A DNA stretch of 64,000 nt. Origin: Turneriella sp. (GTDB lineage: Bacteria; Spirochaetota; Leptospiria; Turneriellales; Turneriellaceae). The stretch covers positions 960,001 through 1,024,000 of the forward strand of contig CBDIID010000003.1 in the NCBI GenBank assembly GCA_965279515.1. The letters run 5' to 3'. Made by a program: the position numbers and the translations under genes. The notes below the pieces were generated by a model that was not told the origin of the DNA, did not search any database, and worked only from the letters and a program-made list of their open reading frames with translations. This document shows, one piece after another, positions 40,001 through 48,948 of this stretch (the stretch's first letter is position 1; every line of letters begins with the position of its first letter).

Positions 40001-41242
40001 TTTGGTACCGGCGCCGCAAGCTCGCCCAATCCGGACACGACACCACCGACAATGGTCAGTATTAATCCGACCGATTCGGCAAATAATATTTCAGCTGGCA
40101 CGAGTGTGCAGATAGCTTTCAACGAAACGATTAACGCCGGAACGATTTCAGCAACGACAAGTGCCACATGTACCGGTACGCTTCAGCTTTCCGCTGACAA
40201 CTTCTCGACCTGTGTTCCGATGAGCAGCACTATACCCACACCTTCCGGCAACGATACAATCTTCACCATGACACCAACAAATTTATTAGCCGTATCCACC
40301 ACCTATAAAGTGCGAATAACCAATGGTGTTCTAGATAGCTCAGGCAATGCCATGGTTCTCTATACGCAAGGTACTGGTTTCACCACCAGAAGTACTCTCC
40401 CCGGAGAATCCTGGACTGCCCGGACATTACCGAGCTCCGCGAACTGGCGCTCCGTTGCATATGGAAACGGAACTTTTGTTGCCGTAGCAACAGGGAGTAC
40501 CAACGCCGCGACCTCAACCAACGGGATCACGTGGACGGCGCGCACACTACCCAGCGCACTGAGTTGGTATTCCGTCACGTACGGAAACGGGACTTTCGTC
40601 GCCGTAGCAAATGGCAGTAATGTCGCAGCAACTTCGCCAGACGGCATCACATGGACCTCCCGCACTTTACCTAGTTCCACAGGCTGGGCATCGGTCACAT
40701 ATGGTAACGGAGTCTTCGTCACTACAGCGTCGGGTAGCAACGCCGCCGCAACTTCTAGCGATGGTATCACCTGGACTGCACGCACACTACCCAGTTCAAC
40801 GGCATGGATTTCTGTCACTTACGGAAATGGGGTTTTTGTCGTTGTAGCTTATAATACAACCTCCGCTGCGACGTCCCCCGATGGTATCACATGGACAGCC
40901 CGTACGCTACCGGGCTCCGCCGCATGGATTTCAATCGCTTATGGCAATGGAGCTTTTATAGCCGTACCTTACGGAGGCGGCGTTGCGCTTAGATCCACCG
41001 ACGGGATAACATGGACGCAACCAAGTTTGCCCACCTCAAGTGGCTGGTCTTCGGTAGCCTACGGAAACGGTGTATTCGTCGCGGTTGCTGAAGGTGTGAC
41101 GATCGGCGCAACCTCTCCGGATGGCATTTCGTGGACACAACGCACCATTCCCAATGGATTCTGGCTGGGAGTTACTTACGGAAATAATATCTTCGTATCC
41201 GTTGCTCAAGGACCTAGCACGGCGGCCGCCACTTCACCGTAA
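37052..41242 (+). CDS. 1396-aa surface lipoprotein: PD40-like N-domain, two Fn3-associated/CHB_HEX_C-like domains, Fn3, Ig-like domains and two 7-repeat Asp-box propellers
   Basis: Lipobox VLAC; P.FSP.AG.Y...CYTTDG twice; Fn3 VQLSWTAS..YYYRIRSRD; 14 copies of WTxRTLP..WxSVxYGNGxFVAV..AATSxDG; Big_5-like DTTPP..FTT. Confidence 0.85.
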   Translation: MRRIIFFITLATVVLACAKKTVPGSSLRGLAKLQLNGGAAISQPVSDEYSPYVLQMGDNYLMLVFGSNRSCGSCSGHNLFVSRSVSPYANDKVFPAFESPAILTISAAPLNFSNRINFAVAAAGNNLRIYLTNAGGVIQVTPNIPPNAPYDTTLLTIPNTAGQTATVVGVEFANTKLYARQNGTVYSFEPTVAAGPLTAMATGQTATSVASVDGAYTSRYDGFFSLIDGTITSMSLYGNGGNLVSVNTAVAKARLSARHVSVMNGGGFGGALMFVSGQEAGETSEDMYVVDGLTVYQMWQEINPKPPGAPDGGSTPVATATADPAFSPVAGHYGMPISVTMTSTTTGATICYTTDGVTDPACSATATCITSSTYSTPVSVTYTTANFRTRACKVGLTDSAVISATHVSDGTQPSTPGSPVADGTTSSQVQLSWTASTDAATPQPQLVYEICQTTINNGCNTFTATFTSSAGATSYNSNGLSASTTYYYRIRSRDLAGNTSGYTGQLTAATLTAPTVNTPTFNPVAGTYNATQNVTISTTTGSALLCYTTDGSTPACNATPTCTTGTTYSSAVNIAATATLRAIGCRNGYTNSSVTAGGYTIDTTAPVITGTAPITGATVSNTQVSYSVDETCASGNITWTWTGGTPDGGPHIRSLVGGELTSGSHNSITLTNNPTLVSGAVYSVSFNCTDAAGNAATTVTSTNVTHSASGGTTWTGRTMPSAADWRSVTYGNGVFVSVAAGTSTKAATSPDGITWTARTLPGAANEWYSVTYGNGVFVAITQGSTAAATSPDGITWTARTLPSAANWISVTYGNGVFVVVANNSTAAATSPNGITWTARTLPVSTPWRSVTYGNGMFAAVSDGPSTIAASSPDGVTWTQRTLPSSRQWYSVTYGNGVFAAIALSSNSAATSTDGITWAARTLPSSTTWCAVTYGNGIFAAVAQATTTAATSTDGITWTARTLPSSASWSSVAYGNGMFAAVSIFGTGAASSPNPDTTPPTMVSINPTDSANNISAGTSVQIAFNETINAGTISATTSATCTGTLQLSADNFSTCVPMSSTIPTPSGNDTIFTMTPTNLLAVSTTYKVRITNGVLDSSGNAMVLYTQGTGFTTRSTLPGESWTARTLPSSANWRSVAYGNGTFVAVATGSTNAATSTNGITWTARTLPSALSWYSVTYGNGTFVAVANGSNVAATSPDGITWTSRTLPSSTGWASVTYGNGVFVTTASGSNAAATSSDGITWTARTLPSSTAWISVTYGNGVFVVVAYNTTSAATSPDGITWTARTLPGSAAWISIAYGNGAFIAVPYGGGVALRSTDGITWTQPSLPTSSGWSSVAYGNGVFVAVAEGVTIGATSPDGISWTQRTIPNGFWLGVTYGNNIFVSVAQGPSTAAATSP
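39185..40027 (+). repeat. Seven tandem ~120-bp coding repeats (propeller 1)
   Basis: Seven ~40-aa units counted in translation. Confidence 0.9.
40406..41239 (+). repeat. Seven tandem ~120-bp coding repeats (propeller 2)
   Basis: Seven ~40-aa units counted in translation, ending at the C-terminus. Confidence 0.9.
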
Positions 41243-41271
41243 AGGATACTGAAAGTTTACCGGACAACAAA

Positions 41272-41886
41272 ATGAACAGATTTAGAATTTTTGCCATGAT
41301 AATTATTACGGCTTTTGCTTTGCCAGGAAATATTATCCCGCTCCTGACCGACAACCTCATCCTCGACGAAGAGCTCTCCGCCATCCGCGCGATCACCGTG
41401 ACCAAGAAGGCCACTTTCTCCGATCTCTGCAAGATTGTGCTCATCCATAGGGGTGAGCTCGAAAAATACCCGACCGACGAAGAACGCTGCGCCCGCGTCG
41501 CCGAGCTCGGCATCTACAACACGAAATCCGTCGACTATATCCACCTGACACCACTGCGCAAAGGCGCCGTTGCAAAGGCAGCAATCAACCTGCACAAGCT
41601 CGAAACCACCCTGCTCTTTCAGCTTTTGAACTGGGAATGGTATGCCATCCAGAACGCCGAAGCACTCGGCATCATCGAAAAGGGTTCGAATACCTGGGAT
41701 GAACTCTCGGGCGAAGAGCTCATCATCACCATGGATCTTGCACTCGCCAAGGCCATGGAAAAAGACGGCTGGATGAAGGAAAAAAATCCTTACAAAGAAT
41801 TCGGCTTTGATTCTTACCAGGACATGGACAAAAAGACAAAACCGGAACCGAAACCGACGCAGAAAGAAGAAACGGAAAATCCGTAG
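41272..41886 (+). CDS. Exported helical protein, SLH-like pattern
   Basis: Signal-like N-terminus; PLRKGAVAK and YAIQNAEALGII...DELSGEELI resemble SLH-type repeats. Confidence 0.55.
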   Translation: MNRFRIFAMIIITAFALPGNIIPLLTDNLILDEELSAIRAITVTKKATFSDLCKIVLIHRGELEKYPTDEERCARVAELGIYNTKSVDYIHLTPLRKGAVAKAAINLHKLETTLLFQLLNWEWYAIQNAEALGIIEKGSNTWDELSGEELIITMDLALAKAMEKDGWMKEKNPYKEFGFDSYQDMDKKTKPEPKPTQKEETENP

Positions 41887-41895
41887 GATTCAACT

Positions 41896-43485
41896 ATGAA
41901 AGTGACGCTGAGATTTATCCCCTGCCTGATTATTGCCCTTGCCGTTGCGGGCACGGCGACGTACGCCGCAAAAGCGAAGAAGAAAAAGCCAAAAGCCGCG
42001 AAAATCGAAGAGACGAAACCGGCGGCACCGGCTTCTGCGGCGGACAAATCTGTGATCGGGCGCGAGGCCGCGGAGTTTGAAAAGAAATTGCCCGCGGCAG
42101 AAAAAAAACCGGATGCATCTGCGGCCGACAGGGCCATAATATCCGAGCCACCTCCGCCTTCCGTCCCCGCCGCCGTGAGCGATGCCGAAGAAGTTCCGAA
42201 AAAACACTATTTGCGCGGCGGTCTGATTGCCACAAATACCTTCTATATCGATCCGACGATTAATCCTGGCCTTTACTCAGGCTTCTTCCGCCCGTTCGGC
42301 AAATACACGTACGATGAAAAATGGGAGTTCAGCGCGCGGGGAAACATCATCGTGAAGCACTACGCCCAGCAGCTGGCAACACTCAAACAGACGAACGTTG
42401 TGGGCAGCCTCGAGATACTTTCAGCCGAAACCAAAATTGCCGGCCACCAGATCATGGCCGGCCGCAACTTCTATGCCATCGAACAGGGGCTGCTCTTTGC
42501 CAACTTTGCCGACGGCATTTCGTACAATGGTAAATACCGCTTCGGGCAGATCCGTGCCTTTGCCGTCTACTCGGGTGATTATGGCTCTTCGCTGTGTTCG
42601 CTCAATGTTACCGGCTGCAATGGCGATCCGGGGCCGTTCGTCAATACCCCCAACCTCGCGCCCGACTCCGGGATTCAGAATTCAGGCCAGAGGCTGTTTT
42701 TCGCCGCGGAATATTTCTCACCCGAATATCTCGGCGGCCAGCTGTTCTCTTATTTTCTTTATTCGCGCGATATGATTAAGGAGAGCGCGGCAGCAAAGTA
42801 TGAGTACAATCCCTGGTATGGCGGCATCGGTGCGCGCGGATATATCAATAACTCCGCCTACCGCTACCGCGGCGAGTTTATCTACCAGGGCGGCAGTACC
42901 TACAACCAGTTGCTGAACGGCTCATCTGAAGCAACGACGATCTCGGCTTTTGCGGCGCTGGTCAACTTTACCTGGAGCATGCCAGTCCTGAAAAATTTTG
43001 ACCCCCAGCTGCTCGCCGATTTTGCCATCGGCTCGGGCGACGGCGACAGCACACGCGTCACGAACGGTTCGCAGTCGAATACATCCGGCAATTACAATGC
43101 CTTCCAGAATTTCGGCAGTTTTTCCGGCGGCCTTGCCCTCAAGCCCCGCCTTGCGAATATGCAGGTATATCGTCTCGGCACGTATTTTCGTCCGTTCAAA
43201 TCGATGTATGCGCTCCGCAACCTTTCGGCGCAGCTGAAATATTCTTATTACCGCAAGAGCGTGGCGGCGGGCGGGATATCAGACCCCGGCGCGACCGAAA
43301 CAAATGCCGATGTCGGCCACGCAGCCGACCTGGCCTTGGTCTTCAATGCCAAGGCGGATGTCCAGTTCTTCTACGGCTTTGGTCTCTTCAAGCCCGGTGG
43401 CGCCTACCCCGTCACGGCGTATGACGGCACAGCCGGGCAGGCATGGCGTTATGCGCACCTGATCAGCCTGACGCTGATTTTCTAA
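41896..43485 (+). CDS. Outer-membrane beta-barrel, alginate-export-porin-like
   Basis: Signal peptide, K/A/P-rich linker, AGR....EQGLLF...DG, GSGDGD, GLFKPG, terminal ISLTLIF. Confidence 0.7.
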   Translation: MKVTLRFIPCLIIALAVAGTATYAAKAKKKKPKAAKIEETKPAAPASAADKSVIGREAAEFEKKLPAAEKKPDASAADRAIISEPPPPSVPAAVSDAEEVPKKHYLRGGLIATNTFYIDPTINPGLYSGFFRPFGKYTYDEKWEFSARGNIIVKHYAQQLATLKQTNVVGSLEILSAETKIAGHQIMAGRNFYAIEQGLLFANFADGISYNGKYRFGQIRAFAVYSGDYGSSLCSLNVTGCNGDPGPFVNTPNLAPDSGIQNSGQRLFFAAEYFSPEYLGGQLFSYFLYSRDMIKESAAAKYEYNPWYGGIGARGYINNSAYRYRGEFIYQGGSTYNQLLNGSSEATTISAFAALVNFTWSMPVLKNFDPQLLADFAIGSGDGDSTRVTNGSQSNTSGNYNAFQNFGSFSGGLALKPRLANMQVYRLGTYFRPFKSMYALRNLSAQLKYSYYRKSVAAGGISDPGATETNADVGHAADLALVFNAKADVQFFYGFGLFKPGGAYPVTAYDGTAGQAWRYAHLISLTLIF

Positions 43486-43523
43486 CTGATTGACAGGGCG
43501 TTTCGACCTCCGTTTTTCACGGG

Positions 43524-44315
43524 ATGTCTTATCGCTTTCTCAAAGTCGACGAAAAGAAAATCACCCTGAAATCCGGCGCCGAAGCGCCTTTTGCCATGGT
43601 GACGATCGACTCGCCCCCCCTGAACCCGCTTTCTTCCGGAGTCTTCCATGATCTCGACGCGTTGATTTCAACGCTCGAACAAAATAAGACCCGCGTTGCT
43701 ATCATCACGGGAGCGGGCAAAGCCTTCGTCGCCGGTGCCGATATCAGCGAGATGAAGGGCATGGATAAGGCGAAGGCGAAAGAATATTCGCTGCTCGGCC
43801 ACAAGATTTTTTCCCGCATGGAGAACTCCCCCGTGATTTTCATCGCCGCTGTGAACGGTTTTGCCCTGGGCGGCGGCCTTGAACTCGCGATGGCATCTGA
43901 CATACGTATTCTCGTCGAAGGCGCGCAGATGGGTTTACCCGAGGCCACGCTGGGGCTGATCCCGGGTTTTGGCGGCACGCAGCGACTACAACGTCTCATC
44001 GGCCAGAGCGCGGCCAAATACCTGGCCCTCACGGCCGAACGCATCGGCGCAGAAGAAGCGCTGAGGCTCGGTTTGGCGGCAAAGGTTGTCAGCGCAGATA
44101 AACTCATAAGCGAAGCGGAAATCCTCACCGGGAAAATTCTCGCCTTAGGACCCCAGGCAGCTCAAACGCTGAAAGCGGTGATACGCGACGGCGCCGATAT
44201 GCCCTTGCCCAAGGCCCTCGAATTTGAGGCTGAAGAATTTTCCAAGCTATTTTACGGTTCCGAAGCGCAGGAGGGTTTGAGTGCGTTCCTCGAAAAACGT
44301 CCGGCCAAGTTCTAA
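43524..44315 (+). CDS. Enoyl-CoA hydratase/isomerase (crotonase family)
   Basis: AFVAGADI, AVNGFALGGGLELAMASD, PEATLGLIPGFGGTQRL, AFLEKR. Confidence 0.93.
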   Translation: MSYRFLKVDEKKITLKSGAEAPFAMVTIDSPPLNPLSSGVFHDLDALISTLEQNKTRVAIITGAGKAFVAGADISEMKGMDKAKAKEYSLLGHKIFSRMENSPVIFIAAVNGFALGGGLELAMASDIRILVEGAQMGLPEATLGLIPGFGGTQRLQRLIGQSAAKYLALTAERIGAEEALRLGLAAKVVSADKLISEAEILTGKILALGPQAAQTLKAVIRDGADMPLPKALEFEAEEFSKLFYGSEAQEGLSAFLEKRPAKF

Positions 44316-44352
44316 AAAGAAAACCAAGGAGCCTAAGAAGAACAAGGACCAG

Positions 44353-45021
44353 GTGATATTCGGTAAAAAGAAAGCAAAGGCGGCAGAACCCAAGTCCGTT
44401 CTGGACTCGGCGACGTCGGATGAGCTTTTCATCGTCGACCAGGTGCGCAAGCTCCAGGTTGAGCGGTTAAGAAAAACCTATGACGATTTTTTTCAGAATC
44501 CCGAATTCACAAAAATATCCAAATATTTCTTCGAGCAGATCTATGGCGCAGGCGACAAGGCAAGCCGCGACGCCGCGTTCAATAAGATCTATGAAAAACT
44601 TTCAGCAGCGGTGAATCCCAAACGCATCACGCGTGTCACACAACTCAAACAACTCAACGAGTTGACCGACGAGCTCGATCTCGCAGTCGCGCGCAGGTTC
44701 ATGGCCATGAAAAAAAAGAGCGCGATGACGCTGAAAGATTTTGAGACATGTTATAAGGCCTTGGGCAACAAAGCCGAACGCGAAATCCAACTGGCACTTT
44801 TAATGGAAACCACCCGTTTTTTCCATAAACTCGCACATGTGCCCCTGCTCGGCTTCGTCATCAAACCAACTCAACTCGCGGCGAAAATGCTCGGCGTCGA
44901 ATATATTATGGAATTTTTCATGGAGGGTTACCGCTCCTTTAAATCGGTGAAAGACGCCGAACCCTTTATGGTTGCCATCGAAGAGCGCGAACGCGCTTAC
45001 CTCAACAAATTATTGCCCTGA
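44353..45021 (+). CDS. Hypothetical helical protein (FFLEELY-motif-like)
   Basis: RLRKTYDDF, YFFEQIYG..D...RD; GTG start at 44353 preceded by AAGGA. Confidence 0.6.
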   Translation: MIFGKKKAKAAEPKSVLDSATSDELFIVDQVRKLQVERLRKTYDDFFQNPEFTKISKYFFEQIYGAGDKASRDAAFNKIYEKLSAAVNPKRITRVTQLKQLNELTDELDLAVARRFMAMKKKSAMTLKDFETCYKALGNKAEREIQLALLMETTRFFHKLAHVPLLGFVIKPTQLAAKMLGVEYIMEFFMEGYRSFKSVKDAEPFMVAIEERERAYLNKLLP

Positions 45022-45879
45022 CGCACCGGGTAAAGAGCGCAAAATTTCGCGCACCAGCGGCAGATCGTTCTGCCGCGAAGAATCACCGCGGAATCCCGCA
45101 TGGCGGCCGGAATGATCTGCCAATAAATACAGGTTAGCCTTATCGTGCACCGGCGACGCCGCGGCTTCGCACTGCCGGGCATCCGCATCGAAGACAAAAT
45201 TGCTGCCATCATAGAGAATGCCATCCTCTACCCCCGAGCGGTTACAGTAGATATAGTTCTGCCCGTACGATTCTGCAAATACCTTGAGGCGGTTTTTCCA
45301 CGTCAGCGTCGAATCAAATGCCGCGGCGCCTGCGGAATAACCGCGCGCGGGGGAAGAAGAAATGACGATGATACTTTCGGCACCCGATTCAGCGGCCGCA
45401 TACGCCATTTCCATGTGCCAGGCGTCTTCACAGATGAGTATTGCGCTCTTCCCTAAAACGCCGTCATAAGCTGTGAAGGCACTCCCCCTTCTGAAATAAC
45501 GCGCCTCGTCGAACATGCCGTAGGTGGGCAAAAAGATTTTTTTTTGAATATGCAGTATTTTGCCCGCGGACAAGACCACGGCCACGTTATAAATTTCCTT
45601 ACCTTCGCGCAGCGGCAGGCCGACGATCCACTCGGTTTTTGCGGAAAGGCCGGTTGTGGTGAGGTCAGCCGCAAACGTTAAAATCTGTTCTTCAGTCATT
45701 GCCGCTTCAGCGACAAGACTTTCGAGAACATAGCCGCTGAGTGCCAGCTCGGGCAGCACAATGACGTCAGGATTTACACCCGCTTCGGCCACAGCATGCG
45801 CGAGATCGGCAATGCGCGCCGTATTGCGGCGCCAATCGCCAAGCACCGACGCATAGGGAATACAAAGAATACGTTTCAT
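45010..45879 (-). CDS. Carbon-nitrogen hydrolase (stand-alone NAD-synthetase glutaminase-like domain)
   Basis: Triad LPELALSGY / KIFLPTYGMFDEARYF / ICEDAW; SSSP. Confidence 0.85.
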   Translation of the reverse strand: MKRILCIPYASVLGDWRRNTARIADLAHAVAEAGVNPDVIVLPELALSGYVLESLVAEAAMTEEQILTFAADLTTTGLSAKTEWIVGLPLREGKEIYNVAVVLSAGKILHIQKKIFLPTYGMFDEARYFRRGSAFTAYDGVLGKSAILICEDAWHMEMAYAAAESGAESIIVISSSPARGYSAGAAAFDSTLTWKNRLKVFAESYGQNYIYCNRSGVEDGILYDGSNFVFDADARQCEAAASPVHDKANLYLLADHSGRHAGFRGDSSRQNDLPLVREILRSLPGASGQ

Positions 45880-45885
45880 CGCACT

Positions 45886-48357
45886 TTAACGGATATCGAG
45901 ATCGTAAGGCATCAGGAAAAGCATCTTCTCATCCCTGATGCTTTCTGTCTTACCGATAATCTTTGCCGCTTCGCGCAGCAACCCGGGCAGCATGAGTTTT
46001 CGGGGATCACCCAGCGATAAAAGATTCTGCGCGTCACTCGGATAGACCTGGATCTGGTAATAGTTTTCGTCGATGCGCGCTTTTTCGCGCACAATTTCGA
46101 GGGCGAGCATGAGGCCGCCCTGCTTGTCTGCCAGCTTACGTTCAATGGCATCCTTGCCGCTATAGACGCGCCCGCCGGCGAGGGGTTTGATTTTTTCGCT
46201 GGTCTGGCCGCGGTTGTCGGCGACGCGTTTCAAAAAGAGATCGTAAAATTCGCTGAGCTGCTCGCGGATCAGCAGGCGTTCATCGTCGGTAAAATTTTCC
46301 GTCTCGCTGTAGATCGCGGTGTTCTTGTGGGTCTTAAAAGTATGCTTTTTAACGCCCAGCCAGTCGTAGAGACCCTTGACATTGAATTTGCCGGTGAAGA
46401 TACCGATCGAACCCGTCACGCTGGTATTGTTGGCAAGAATCTGATCGCCCCCCACAGCGAGATAATACCCGCCCGAAGCGGCGGTATTGCCGAGTGAAAC
46501 GATAATGGGAAAATCGGCGCCGCGCGCCTTTTTGACCTCGCGGATTTTATTCCAGAGAATATCTGAAGCGAGGCTCGAGCCGCCGGGGGAATCGATACGT
46601 AAAATCAGGCCCTTGATGTTGCCATCGCCGCGGATCTGCTCGAGCACTTCCTGGATCGTGTCAGAGCCAATCGTGCCACCGGAGAAAAGCCCTTCAGGGC
46701 GTGATGTGCCCGACATGATTTCGCCTGAGAGTACCAGCACAGCAATCGCAGGCTTGGTACCCCAGGTGTCGTCATAAAAGCGCGTCTTAAAATAATCCGC
46801 TGCGCCGATTTTCCAGCCAGGCGCCGTGAGATTCTGCGCTGTCAGCTGGTTTTCCACATCGGAGAGATACGCGACCTCGTCGATCAGACCCGCTTCATGC
46901 GCCTTCGTGGCAGAATAGAAACCTTTATCGAGAAGGCCGTCGAGGCTCTCGCCCTTCACCCTGAGGCGACCCGCGAGAATCGCTGCCTTCAGCTCGCCGA
47001 CGTTCGACTTCAGGAGCGCTTCGAGTTGTTCGCGGTCAAACTTTGTAGGCTCGGAACGCGTGAGCCTCTCGGGTGCGGATTTATAGTCGCCCAGCGCAAC
47101 AAAATCCGCTTTAACCCCGACTTTCTGCAGCAGATCTTTGACGAAGTATGCCTCGGCCTTCAGCCCCGAAACATCGAGCATCGCCGACTGCGGCATAAAA
47201 ATGCGGTCTGACATACTCGCGATATAATATTCCTTGTTGCCGGCATTCTCGAGGTAGGCATACACGGGCTTCTTTTGCTGAAAGCTGAGCAGCGCCGCAC
47301 GCAACTCTTCGGCCTGGCCCCAACCTCCATGAAAACCGCGGCCGGTAATGAGGATGCCCCGGATCTGCGCGTCCTTTTTCGCCGTCTCGATACTCTTTAA
47401 GAGTTCGAGAAACGTAAAATTTTCCGAAAGAAAAAGAAAACCCTCTTGTTTTCTTTCGTCGATCTTATCGTCGAGATGGATTTCAAGATAACGCCCGAGC
47501 GCGGTAATACCGGTGGCATAACGTTCGCGGCCGATGAGAATACCGCCGCCCAAAAATGCACCGCTGTCTTTCGGCGTACTCGCCTGCAGTGAAATCTGGC
47601 TGATGTACTGCGCAAACCGCAAGCCAAAAAAAGCACCGTTCGCCTGGCTATAACCTGCATAGAGGCTGTTACCAGGCCAAAGCGTCGCCTCGGCGAGAAG
47701 TTTGGGAGTCATGTTGCCCCATGTGGTGCGCGAGTTAAGGTTGGCGTCGACCGAGATTGTCAGGTTCTCTGTATACTTTCCGGGTAAGGGGCGTATACCA
47801 ACACCGAGATCCCAGTTGGTTTCGAAAATCTCGCCCTGGAAAAGAGGTTTGTTCAACGCGCGGCCGACCGCCCCTATCGAGAGCCGGCGCCACGGGCGCA
47901 GTATCATCCCGACATCCCACTGCGTATAACGATCGAGATAAGAGAAAGAAGAATTATACCAGCTGTAGGATGTCCCAATCGAAAGAAACGGCGTATTGAT
48001 GAGCCCCATACCCAGCGTATAACGGCGCGCATAATCGTCGGTGTCGCCCAGCCGCCACTGCGTCGAAAACGCAACGCCCAGAAGATTCAGGAAGATCATA
48101 TGATCGTCGAGCTTATTCTGCTGGTTGCGTCCGTAAAAATAACCAAGCTGCAAGGCGTGGTAGCCTAAACCCGCGGGATTAAAGTAGAGACTGGTGGTAT
48201 CGTCCGATGTGGCAACCGATTTCTGTGGCAGGTTCGGCGTATCGATCATGCGGTTTGTCTGCAGCGCATCGCCCTGCACGGGAGCCACCTGCTGGGCGAA
48301 GAGAACAGAGGGGCTTAAGAGCCCCATGGCCAGAAGCAGAAAATTGGCTATCCGCAT
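45886..48357 (-). CDS. sppA: Signal peptide peptidase SppA with N-terminal beta-barrel-like domain
   Basis: GDYKSAPE, LRIDSPGGS, AASGGYY, GSIGI, GRVYSG; N-terminal SLYFNPAGLG plus beta-strands. Confidence 0.9.
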   Translation of the reverse strand: MRIANFLLLAMGLLSPSVLFAQQVAPVQGDALQTNRMIDTPNLPQKSVATSDDTTSLYFNPAGLGYHALQLGYFYGRNQQNKLDDHMIFLNLLGVAFSTQWRLGDTDDYARRYTLGMGLINTPFLSIGTSYSWYNSSFSYLDRYTQWDVGMILRPWRRLSIGAVGRALNKPLFQGEIFETNWDLGVGIRPLPGKYTENLTISVDANLNSRTTWGNMTPKLLAEATLWPGNSLYAGYSQANGAFFGLRFAQYISQISLQASTPKDSGAFLGGGILIGRERYATGITALGRYLEIHLDDKIDERKQEGFLFLSENFTFLELLKSIETAKKDAQIRGILITGRGFHGGWGQAEELRAALLSFQQKKPVYAYLENAGNKEYYIASMSDRIFMPQSAMLDVSGLKAEAYFVKDLLQKVGVKADFVALGDYKSAPERLTRSEPTKFDREQLEALLKSNVGELKAAILAGRLRVKGESLDGLLDKGFYSATKAHEAGLIDEVAYLSDVENQLTAQNLTAPGWKIGAADYFKTRFYDDTWGTKPAIAVLVLSGEIMSGTSRPEGLFSGGTIGSDTIQEVLEQIRGDGNIKGLILRIDSPGGSSLASDILWNKIREVKKARGADFPIIVSLGNTAASGGYYLAVGGDQILANNTSVTGSIGIFTGKFNVKGLYDWLGVKKHTFKTHKNTAIYSETENFTDDERLLIREQLSEFYDLFLKRVADNRGQTSEKIKPLAGGRVYSGKDAIERKLADKQGGLMLALEIVREKARIDENYYQIQVYPSDAQNLLSLGDPRKLMLPGLLREAAKIIGKTESIRDEKMLFLMPYDLDIR

Positions 48358-48395
48358 GGCGGAGGGACGGAGCGGTGAGTCAAGGTGTCGAGCCG

Positions 48396-48911
48396 TTAAG
48401 GTTTGGTGGTGAAGGACTTGGCGATCTCACCTACGCTCCATGAGTGGCGGTCACGTGCCTCGGTTTGCAGGGTCTGGATCAAAACCCAGACATTTCTTCC
48501 GGAAATATAGACGCCGGTACCTTGTAGGACTTCGGTTTTCTCAACAACAATTTTGTAAGCCCCGATACAGCCATCCTTGACATCCATAAATTTCAGCTGC
48601 GTCGGGGTTGGATTGCGCTTATTCTCCGGAATGAGATTGGTACGCCCACCTTCGGCCGCTGCTTCGGTTTTTGCAAGGTATTCGCACGCGGTTACTTTTC
48701 CCTTGATAGTATCCGTCATAATCTGCACATTCGCCGTGCCATCTGGTGCTGTAGCCATGAATGGAATTCCTGTTTTAGTAAGGATGAGTGTCCAGTCGCC
48801 AGGATATTGCACCTTAAATTTTGGCTTCGGGTGCACGAAGGTTTTCATGTCCACACCAGCTGCAGCTGCGAAACATGAAAATACTAAGGCTACGCCCACA
48901 AAAAATTTCAT
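48396..48911 (-). CDS. Hypothetical exported protein (PsbP/Mog1-like pattern)
   Basis: Signal peptide; FKVQYPGDW near N-terminus and terminal IAKSFT. Confidence 0.55.
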   Translation of the reverse strand: MKFFVGVALVFSCFAAAAGVDMKTFVHPKPKFKVQYPGDWTLILTKTGIPFMATAPDGTANVQIMTDTIKGKVTACEYLAKTEAAAEGGRTNLIPENKRNPTPTQLKFMDVKDGCIGAYKIVVEKTEVLQGTGVYISGRNVWVLIQTLQTEARDRHSWSVGEIAKSFTTKP

Positions 48912-48948
48912 GCACTCCCTTACCCGTCGTGAATCGCTTCGTCAAATA

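Noticed and set aside
39185..41239. Tandem repeats as a diversity-generating retroelement target or a CRISPR array
   Set aside because: Repeats are in-frame coding units differing mainly at synonymous positions; no reverse transcriptase, template repeat, adenine-specific mismatch pattern, identical direct repeats or cas genes are in the window
44281..44352. Overlapping start suggesting a frameshift fusion with the enoyl-CoA hydratase
   Set aside because: The hydratase has a complete normal C-terminus, and a GTG with AAGGA at 44353 explains the downstream gene
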